From the NCBI GenBank assembly GCA_963934255.1, contig CAWVXU010000083.1, positions 1-11,837 on the forward strand: a stretch of DNA of 11,837 nt, given 5' to 3'. Each line of letters starts with the position of its first letter. The stretch's first letter is position 1. This DNA comes from an uncultured Fibrobacterales bacterium. Lineage in GTDB: Bacteria > Fibrobacterota > Fibrobacteria > Fibrobacterales > CAWVXU01. A program made the translations under genes and the position numbers. Under the pieces are notes generated by a model. It was not told where the DNA came from, searched no databases, and saw nothing but the letters and a program-made list of their open reading frames with translations. Shown in pieces: positions 1 to 7,049 of this stretch.

Positions 1-236
1 ATAACTCTGGGGGCAGAGACATCTTGATCTGATTCTTGTTCCTGTTTTATGTTTTCATTTATTAATTGATTAACGACATAATCATCTGCCCGTTGGATTG
101 ATACATTGTTTTTTTCATCATTTGATTTACTCGTACTTTCTACTGAAGAGCAAGATATAACTCCAATTACAGCTAATGATAAAATTGAGTTAAAGTGAAA
201 GTTTCTTTTTAATTGAATCCAAATCGGTGTTTTCAT
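1..236 (-). CDS. Putative lipoprotein, N-terminal part (gene runs off the left edge)
   Basis: Manual translation from ATG at 236 gives MKTPIWIQLKRNFHFNSILSLAVIGVISC-SSVESTSKSNDEKNNVSIQRADDYVVNQLINENIKQEQESDQDVSAPRV..., open to position 1. It has a basic N-terminus, a hydrophobic stretch and lipobox VISC. AGGAG lies 6 nt upstream of the ATG. Not listed in the ORF track. Confidence 0.8.
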   Translation of the reverse strand, partial: MKTPIWIQLKRNFHFNSILSLAVIGVISCSSVESTSKSNDEKNNVSIQRADDYVVNQLINENIKQEQESDQDVSAPRV

Positions 237-379
237 GATCTACTCCTAGATGTTGTAGTCGAACTAATTGAGAGGTTTCCCTCTTGGCTTATATTCAAAT
301 TACTCGGATAAAAGCATGAAAATTGTAATATGAGTTTTTTAAAGAATGAAGTGATCACAACTTGTGGACAATGTCTTTC

Positions 380-386
380 TATATTT
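380..386 (+). promoter_or_regulatory. Candidate -10/-7 promoter element (tttcTATATTT) for the 417..986 gene
   Basis: The cTAnnTT motif recurs upstream of most transcription-unit starts in the window. This copy is about 30 nt before the ATG and upstream of the SD-like AAGAGG (405-410). Confidence 0.4.
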
Positions 387-416
387 ACAGAGTAAATTTC
401 TCTTAAGAGGCCTCTC

Positions 417-986
417 ATGTTAATTGACGAACTACTCAATCACTTCTATGAAGGGGCTACCGGCCTTATTGAATCAATTCGCCCCAAAGAAGATGGCCTA
501 GTCATTGACCTTCAAGTGGAAGCAGAAGAAGGAGAAGAAGGAGATGTAAAATATTCTTTGACATTCAAAGAAGTCTACGGATTTCGCCTTGAGCACTTCT
601 CTATCTCAGAGCTTGATTACTCAAGTGAGCACCCGATATTGAACTTTGCCAATCAAAAAGAAGCACATCTGAATTATGAGACACTTCCTGATGATGCGCT
701 GGCACTTGACTATGCGGTTCGTCAATTGCATAGAGAGTATTTTAATAATTGGGTGGATGAGTCAGAAATTTTACTTCAAGATTTACCAAGATTAGAGGCG
801 GCCCCTGGCGCTTTGGTTCAAGGACCATTGAAATTCATTGAAGAGCTTCAAATTAAAATTGCACCCATGATCAAAACTCACCTAGTGATGCATCAAGAAG
901 AAAATGAACGTGCTACCGATTATAAAGCATTCTTTTTAGATGATAATTGGATTATTTTTAGAGAAGTTATTGTTGAACAGTTTTAA
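417..986 (+). CDS. Hypothetical acidic cytoplasmic protein, 189 aa
   Basis: ATG preceded by SD-like AAGAGG. Globular E/D-rich composition with no signal peptide or TM segment. No family confidently recognised. Confidence 0.8.
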   Translation: MLIDELLNHFYEGATGLIESIRPKEDGLVIDLQVEAEEGEEGDVKYSLTFKEVYGFRLEHFSISELDYSSEHPILNFANQKEAHLNYETLPDDALALDYAVRQLHREYFNNWVDESEILLQDLPRLEAAPGALVQGPLKFIEELQIKIAPMIKTHLVMHQEENERATDYKAFFLDDNWIIFREVIVEQF

Positions 987-1020
987 AAGTCAATCTATAC
1001 TGAAATCTAAGCCTAAGCCT

Positions 1021-1425
1021 ATGCCTAAAGCTAAACGGTCGAGGCTATTGTCTCTGACTGTATTAATTTTAATTGTATTGTCCTTTATGGGGTGTGCGCC
1101 TTCCAAAGAAAAGATTGCTCAGAAACGTATCATTGATAATAGGCATTTACTCGGTTTTCAAATCCAAGAAATTCTAGATCAAGATTCTATTTCAAAAGGA
1201 CGATTTGATTCAAGGCTTCTGCCTGATAAGACTTTTATGACTCCTATTGTGAGTATGTTATACTTAATAGATGATCAAAATACAGTATCTGACATCCGAG
1301 TTTATTATGCAACCAATACTATCTATGCTCAAGATGCTATGAATCACCTCAAAACTACCTCCAAAAGAGATCAAACACCAGGTTGGCACTATCAACAATG
1401 GACGTTTGAGGTCCCGAATTTTTAG
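1021..1425 (+). CDS. Putative lipoprotein, 134 aa (start revised from 940 to 1021)
   Basis: From ATG 1021: MPKAKRSRLLSLTVLILIVLSFMGC-APS, i.e. a basic n-region, hydrophobic h-region and lipobox FMGC. This start avoids the 47-nt overlap with the upstream gene. cTATACT at 995-1001 is a possible promoter element. Confidence 0.7.
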   Translation: MPKAKRSRLLSLTVLILIVLSFMGCAPSKEKIAQKRIIDNRHLLGFQIQEILDQDSISKGRFDSRLLPDKTFMTPIVSMLYLIDDQNTVSDIRVYYATNTIYAQDAMNHLKTTSKRDQTPGWHYQQWTFEVPNF

Positions 1426-1434
1426 GTAATTTCC

Positions 1435-1442
1435 TATCTTTG
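1435..1442 (+). promoter_or_regulatory. Candidate promoter element TATCTTTG for the beta-barrel/RND gene run
   Basis: Exact match to the Bacteroidota -7 consensus TAnnTTTG. It sits in the 36-nt intergenic gap, just upstream of a strong SD (GGAGGTG, 1451-1457). Confidence 0.45.
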
Positions 1443-1461
1443 CCGGCACTGGAGGTGAACG

Positions 1462-2193
1462 TTGAAAAATAAAGTTCTGATTGGAATTCTACTGACGATT
1501 TTGTGTCAATTGGCATGGAGTGCATCTCCCACTTTATATTTACATCCTATCAGACTTGCTAATGCAGTCGCCCGTCAAAATGACATGCCCGAAGACGGAG
1601 TTCTTCCTCAAAACAATCAATTTATATGGGTTAAGCTCGGTCTTGAATTTCCGATGCATGGAGGTAAGAGTTTTGTTTTTGCTCCTAGGTACATGTCCAG
1701 AAATTTCAATCAAAGCGCCAAAGATTACTGGACTCAAGTGCTAGACAAGCAAGAAAAATCTTGTACAAGTGAGGGTAAGTCCCTTAAAAATTGTGAGAAA
1801 TACAAAACAGTAGCTGAGGGAAATCTCAGTGCCAACAATTTTGATGTGTTTGAAATGGGCTGGGAAATGCGTTTCTATGCAGGAGCCAGACGCGAAGGTC
1901 ATTTCCAAAAAGCAGTCCTCATCACCGGTATCGCTTACTATGAAGCAGACAATTATGGGCTAAGAGGCGGCTCTCTTAAAATCAATCAAGACAATAGTTT
2001 CGCCGCAATCCTTGGTGGAATGTATGGTATCGGTTATGAAAATCGTGGTAAGCATCTCGCTTTTACAATTGATTCAGCGATTGGAATTCAACTCGCTGGA
2101 CCATTTCCCAAATATGCAGGCAGTCAACAAATCCCGTTAGAGAGTGACATTTTTAGGGCCGAGGTAGATATTGCAGTTGGATTTGCTTTGTAA
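1462..2193 (+). CDS. Predicted outer-membrane beta-barrel protein (DUF3575-like), 243 aa
   Basis: TTG start with strong SD GGAGGTG. Sec signal peptide (…LAWS-AS). Alternating amphipathic strands (VKLGLEF, FEMGWEMRFY, GMYGIGY, FTIDSAIGIQ) and a terminal strand AEVDIAVGFAL. A Cys pair lies in a long loop (KSC…NCE). Confidence 0.65.
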   Translation: MKNKVLIGILLTILCQLAWSASPTLYLHPIRLANAVARQNDMPEDGVLPQNNQFIWVKLGLEFPMHGGKSFVFAPRYMSRNFNQSAKDYWTQVLDKQEKSCTSEGKSLKNCEKYKTVAEGNLSANNFDVFEMGWEMRFYAGARREGHFQKAVLITGIAYYEADNYGLRGGSLKINQDNSFAAILGGMYGIGYENRGKHLAFTIDSAIGIQLAGPFPKYAGSQQIPLESDIFRAEVDIAVGFAL

Positions 2194-2651
2194 TGACAAG
2201 TCTCGTGCAATTATCTGGTAGGTATCTTTACTCATTTTTTATAATTCTTTTTATTCTCAGTGCACCAAACTCACATGCGGACGCTTCTTTTTCCAAGCTT
2301 TTTGGTCCACAGATTGGCTTTTCATTATCCAAATCAGAATACGTTCATCTTCGCACGGGTCTTACTTTAAAGTGCTGTGCTTCGACCAATACATTATATG
2401 GAAACCAAACAGGGCTTTCCGGTCAGATCGAGGTAACACCTCGTCGCTTCAGTATGCAACCCGGTGTTGCATTTCAGTGGCGCTATCGGGAATCAGGACT
2501 TTGGGTTGTGCGACCTTACTATTTTTATGCTTACCCGTATTTCGGTTCTAATTATTCTGGCGGCGGAATGCAAACGTCCACCCCTTATGGTGGCATAGGT
2601 ATTGAGATGAGTGATTATCAAACTCTTTTAATGCTCAGCTGGGATTTTTAG
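2193..2651 (+). CDS. Small predicted outer-membrane beta-barrel protein, 152 aa
   Basis: TAATG stop/start overlap with the upstream gene. Signal peptide ending SHA-DA. About 8 short G/aromatic-rich amphipathic strands. The C-terminus LMLSWDF ends in Phe, like a BAM beta-signal. Confidence 0.6.
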   Translation: MTSLVQLSGRYLYSFFIILFILSAPNSHADASFSKLFGPQIGFSLSKSEYVHLRTGLTLKCCASTNTLYGNQTGLSGQIEVTPRRFSMQPGVAFQWRYRESGLWVVRPYYFYAYPYFGSNYSGGGMQTSTPYGGIGIEMSDYQTLLMLSWDF

Positions 2652-2690
2652 AACAGCTCATGACAATTAGGACACTTTAGGAGACTTTAA

Positions 2691-3875
2691 GTGAAAAAGA
2701 TTATTTTTTCAATTGCAATTATTGGCGTAGCCATCACTTTATTTGTATTACTCAAGGGGCAAAAACCTGAGAGCAAGCGCAAAGCCAAACCTCCTGTGAT
2801 CAAAACATTTGATATCATTACAGTCAAGGAACAGTCTCGTTCAATAGAGATCAAAGCTCATGGTAAAATCCAATCTTTGACTCGCATCCAACTCAAATCC
2901 GAAGTTCAAGGTCGACTGTTAAAGTCAGGTTTTAAACTAAGAGCAGGGCAGAATTTTTCTCCAGGACAATTGATTTTTCAAGTTGACTCTCGTCAAGCCC
3001 AACTCGCCCTTGAAATGACTCGAGCCAAACTACTTACTAGTTTAAGTGACTTTATTCCGGAGCTTAGGTCGCAAAGTCCTGATGCGGTGAGTAAATGGGA
3101 AGAGTACTTCAAAGTTTTGCAAGCACCTGAAACGATTAAAGCTTCTACCTCAAAACTTCCAAAGCTTCCAACGATGCAAGAAAGTCGCGAGCAGATGCTC
3201 TTTCATAGAATGGGTATTTCTACCTTACATTTCACTTTGGAACAACAAAAATTACAGGTCGATAAACACATCACCCGGGCTCCAAGTGATGGCACAATTG
3301 TCACAAGTCAGGTCACTTCTGGAAACATCGTCACTCCTGGACAAATTCTCGGATTATTTATCAGTACTAGTCAACATGAGATGCAAGTCGAAATCCCTCT
3401 TAGTTCAGTTAACCAAGTCCAAGTCGGTAAAAACGTCAAGATCCAATTGGAAGGTCATGACCAATTCATCTCAGGTAAAATGACTAGAATATCTCAGTCC
3501 GTCGACCCATCGACTCAAAATGTACCTGCTGTTGTCAGTATTCCTTATTCTAAAAATAACCCCAAAATTCTTGATAGCAGATTTGGAACAGCAATCATCT
3601 CAAGCAAATCCATTCAAAAAGTTTTTGCTCTGCCTGTAGAGGCCATGTTCCATGGAAATAAAGTTCTGGTGATGGCAGACTCAACATTAACAGCCAGAGT
3701 CGCTAAGGTTAAAATTCAAACCAAAGATTCAGTCTATATCTCCACTGAAGGTTTCAAAGACGGTGAAGAAGTTGTCTCGGAATTATTCCAAGAGTTCGTA
3801 ACTGGTATGAAAGCCATCGCTCGCGTATCTCAAGAGACTATTCAAGAGAATAATCAAGCTGAGGCTAGTCAATGA
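2691..3875 (+). CDS. RND efflux periplasmic adaptor subunit (membrane fusion protein), 394 aa
   Basis: GTG start with SD AGGAG. N-terminal TM anchor. Lipoyl half-motifs (LKSEVQGRL…GQ.F..GQLIFQVD; ITRAPSDGTI…GNIVTPGQILG) and RISQSVDPSTQ. Lies immediately upstream of an RND permease. Confidence 0.93.
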   Translation: MKKIIFSIAIIGVAITLFVLLKGQKPESKRKAKPPVIKTFDIITVKEQSRSIEIKAHGKIQSLTRIQLKSEVQGRLLKSGFKLRAGQNFSPGQLIFQVDSRQAQLALEMTRAKLLTSLSDFIPELRSQSPDAVSKWEEYFKVLQAPETIKASTSKLPKLPTMQESREQMLFHRMGISTLHFTLEQQKLQVDKHITRAPSDGTIVTSQVTSGNIVTPGQILGLFISTSQHEMQVEIPLSSVNQVQVGKNVKIQLEGHDQFISGKMTRISQSVDPSTQNVPAVVSIPYSKNNPKILDSRFGTAIISSKSIQKVFALPVEAMFHGNKVLVMADSTLTARVAKVKIQTKDSVYISTEGFKDGEEVVSELFQEFVTGMKAIARVSQETIQENNQAEASQ

Positions 3876-6800
3876 AGTCTTTAATTGAATACTTTAATCG
3901 TTATCCTATATGGGCCAATGTGCTCATGTTTGTCATCCTCATATACGGATACATGAGTCTCAAGCAAATCAATACATCTTTTTTTCCTGAAAACAAATCC
4001 AACTTAATACTTGTTGATATGATTTATCCAGGCACATCTCCTACCGAAATCGAACAAGTCCTAGTCAAAAAAGTTGAGAACAATTTAATAGGGATGAAGG
4101 GTATCGATTGGACAACTTCAGTTTCTGCTGAAAACCGTGGGACCATCCGTGTTTATGTACAAGAATCTTATGATGCAACCGAAATCCTAATTGATGTTAA
4201 AAATGCTGTTGATAGAATATCGGGCTACCCTACAGGCGCCGAAAAGCCTCAGGTCTATGTTGTTCCCGCAAGATCGAGATCAATTAGTGTGGGACTCATG
4301 GCAAGCACAGACCTCTGGTCACTGAAAGACCGCGCCGAACGCTTTGAAGAAATGCTGCGTACCAAACCAGGTGTTACCCAAATTACTGTTGAGGGTATTC
4401 CTCAAAGAGAGCTGGCTATTGAGCTCGATCAAAATGCCTTGAGAGCAAGAAACGTAAGCCAAGATGATGTGGTCCGTGCTATATCTGGCTCCAACCGAGA
4501 TTTCTCCGGCGGCAGCGTGAAGACAAGTGCCGAAGAGTTACTCATTCGCTCATATAACGAAACTAATGCAGTCTGGAAATTACAAGATCTTATCGTCAAA
4601 TCTCAAGGAGTGTCACAAGTCAGGCTCAGTGATGTAGCCCATGTCGTTGAGCGCTGGGCTGATGTCCCTTCGGCTACTTATTTTAATGGTCAACGTGCAG
4701 TGCTGATATCGGTGGACAAAACAGGTGGTGAAGATCTATTACATATTAAAGATATGACTGTCGAAGTATTGGATGAGTTTCGTGACCTGTATCCTGAGAT
4801 TGAAGCCAAAATATTGATCGATGCCACCGATCATCTTCAAGGTCGAATTGACCTTCTGACCAAGAACGGTATGATTGGTTTTATCCTAGTGACTTTGATT
4901 CTTTCACTATTCTTAAATTGGAGAATCGCATTTTGGGTAGCCCTAGGGATTCCTATTTCATTTGCGGGGATGTTTATCATTGCAAATATTCTCGGGATAA
5001 CAATCAACGTACTTTCTCTTTTTGGAATGATCCTGGTCATTGGAATCCTAGTGGATGATGCTATTGTCGTCGCCGAGCAAATATTCCAAGAAAAAGAAAA
5101 AGGGGCGACTTCGTTCGAAGCTGCCACCAAGGGAATCCAACAAATAATTGCTCCTGTTTTTACTGCAGTTCTAACGACCATACTTGCATTTACACCCTTC
5201 TTTTTCCTCGAAGGTTATATTGGAAAATTGGTTCCACAGATGGCAGTTGTTGTTATTGGTGCATTGATTTTTTCTTTGGTAGAATCATTCTTTATTCTAC
5301 CTGCTCACTTAAGTCATTCTAAGGGGCTTCATAAACACGATAAAGACTCTGTTTTTAGAAAGAAAATGGAATCAGGCTTTTCTGCTGTTGTAAATAAATA
5401 TGGACAAAGTTTAGCTTGGGTAATGAAATCAAAATACGTTATCGTGACGATCCCAATCGCTTTTTTCATTATCAACAAAGGGATGATTGATGGTAAGATT
5501 ATTGAATTTAATCCATTTCCAAAAATGGATCGTGAAAGTGTTGCTATCCAGCTTAGTATGGTACCTGGCACTCCTTTGGATAAAACCAATGCAATCATGG
5601 AAGATTTAGAACGGAAAATTTGGGCACTCAACGATGAATTTAAAGAGCATGTTGTTGTCGGCGATTCCATGTTTGTGGCTGTCAAAAGGTCATTGGGTTC
5701 CAACCGTAAAGGTGAAAAGGGTTCACACGCCGCCGATCTTAAAGTTTCTTTTGCCAAAGCTCAAAATCGCACCATGGGCTCGACCATCATTATTAAAAAA
5801 ATGCGTCAAATTTTTGAAGATTATCCTGGTGTGGTTTCTTTATCAATTGAAGCTGGACGATGGGGGAGACCCGTTACTTTTGGACTGGTATCTGAAAACT
5901 TAGAAGCACTAGGTAAAGCACGCGACTCTTTAATGAGTCGACTAAACGAATATTCTGAGCTAAAAGACATCGGAGATAGTGAAGTACGCGGGCGCCGTGA
6001 AATTTATATCCAAACGAAAGATATCGCTAATTCTTATGGTTTGACTTCAGGCGAAATTTCAAGACAAGTTCGCAATGCTTGGTTTGGAAGTGAAATCCAG
6101 CGTCTTCAAAGGGGGCCTGATGAAATTAGATTATGGGTGCGTCTCAAGGAAAACGAGCGAAGTAGTATAAACCAACTGAGTGAGTTCCTTATTAGGACAT
6201 CGAAGGGTGATCTAGTCCCACTCGGTGTATTGGCTGATTTTGAAATCAAGCGTGGTTTTGCTGTAATCCAGCATCTAGACGGTGCACGTAAAATTACTGT
6301 CGAAGCAGACTTTGCTGACCCGAATATATCATCAACAACAATGAATGAAAGGCTTAATGCGGAAGTAATACCTGATATTCTCGCGGCCTTTCCCAATGTT
6401 CAAACAGCCAAAGAAGGACAGGCCAGAGAAAATTCCAAGATGGTAGCTTCACTCGCTCGAGCTTTCCCACCGGCCCTCTTTGCAATTCTCGTTATCTTGA
6501 TTCTTGTATTTAGATCTTATCTTCAAGCAGGGCTTATTTTGATGATGATCCCTCTTGGTGTGATTGGTGCATTTTGGGGACATTTGATTCATGGTCAAAT
6601 GGTCACTCAACTTTCAGCCTTTGGTATTATCGCACTCACAGGGATTGTGATTAATGATTCCATTGTTTTCGTGGATCAAATAAATATCAATATCAGAAAA
6701 AAAATGCCTATCAGACAAGCGCTAATTGAAGCCGGTACTAGCCGCTTTAGGCCGATACTTCTCACCACGATGACGACTGTTATTGGACTCTGGCCACTTA

Positions 6801-7048
6801 TTATGGAAACCAGTTTTCAAGCTCAATTCCTAATACCTATGGCAATTTCAGTAGCATATGGCTTATTACTTGGTTCAGTGTTAATCCTTTATTTAGTTCC
6901 AGTGTTCTTTGAAATCCTCAACGATATGAGATATGTAAGTGCAAAACTTTGGTGGAAGCTCGGTGACGAAGAAGGTCAAAAGCCTACTCGTCAAAGTGTG
7001 GAACCAGCCTATAGAGAAGCTATTCAAGATGAGCGGGGAGATAATTAG
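3872..7048 (+). CDS. RND efflux permease, AcrB/AcrD/AcrF family, 1058 aa
   Basis: ATGA overlap with the MFP gene. Two large periplasmic domains and about 12 TM segments. Motifs YPGTSPTEIE, INVLSLFG, GILVDDAIVV (TM4), RFRPILLTT (TM11) and PMAISVAYGL. Confidence 0.96.
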   Translation: MKSLIEYFNRYPIWANVLMFVILIYGYMSLKQINTSFFPENKSNLILVDMIYPGTSPTEIEQVLVKKVENNLIGMKGIDWTTSVSAENRGTIRVYVQESYDATEILIDVKNAVDRISGYPTGAEKPQVYVVPARSRSISVGLMASTDLWSLKDRAERFEEMLRTKPGVTQITVEGIPQRELAIELDQNALRARNVSQDDVVRAISGSNRDFSGGSVKTSAEELLIRSYNETNAVWKLQDLIVKSQGVSQVRLSDVAHVVERWADVPSATYFNGQRAVLISVDKTGGEDLLHIKDMTVEVLDEFRDLYPEIEAKILIDATDHLQGRIDLLTKNGMIGFILVTLILSLFLNWRIAFWVALGIPISFAGMFIIANILGITINVLSLFGMILVIGILVDDAIVVAEQIFQEKEKGATSFEAATKGIQQIIAPVFTAVLTTILAFTPFFFLEGYIGKLVPQMAVVVIGALIFSLVESFFILPAHLSHSKGLHKHDKDSVFRKKMESGFSAVVNKYGQSLAWVMKSKYVIVTIPIAFFIINKGMIDGKIIEFNPFPKMDRESVAIQLSMVPGTPLDKTNAIMEDLERKIWALNDEFKEHVVVGDSMFVAVKRSLGSNRKGEKGSHAADLKVSFAKAQNRTMGSTIIIKKMRQIFEDYPGVVSLSIEAGRWGRPVTFGLVSENLEALGKARDSLMSRLNEYSELKDIGDSEVRGRREIYIQTKDIANSYGLTSGEISRQVRNAWFGSEIQRLQRGPDEIRLWVRLKENERSSINQLSEFLIRTSKGDLVPLGVLADFEIKRGFAVIQHLDGARKITVEADFADPNISSTTMNERLNAEVIPDILAAFPNVQTAKEGQARENSKMVASLARAFPPALFAILVILILVFRSYLQAGLILMMIPLGVIGAFWGHLIHGQMVTQLSAFGIIALTGIVINDSIVFVDQININIRKKMPIRQALIEAGTSRFRPILLTTMTTVIGLWPLIMETSFQAQFLIPMAISVAYGLLLGSVLILYLVPVFFEILNDMRYVSAKLWWKLGDEEGQKPTRQSVEPAYREAIQDERGDN

Positions 7049-7049
7049 A

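Noticed and set aside
233..439. 68-aa minus-strand ORF
   Set aside because: It overlaps the start of the 417 gene and spans the divergent promoter region, has no SD and no protein-like features. The real minus-strand gene starts at 236.
940..1020. N-terminal extension of the 940..1425 ORF
   Set aside because: It overlaps the upstream gene and would bury the lipoprotein signal. ATG 1021 gives a canonical signal peptide.
1264..1744. Short ORFs 1264..1449 (-), 1520..1744 (+) and 1540..1737 (-)
   Set aside because: Alternative-frame or antisense shadows of better-supported genes.
3286..6396. ORFs 3286..3483, 4837..5181, 5329..5757, 5634..5903 and 6106..6396
   Set aside because: All lie inside the MFP or RND genes. 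The minus-strand ones show the I/T/P/S/R-rich composition typical of antisense shadows.
6939..7049. GTG start at 6939 for the TolC-family gene
   Set aside because: It would overlap the permease by 110 nt. ATG 7050 has an SD and places the signal peptide near the N-terminus.
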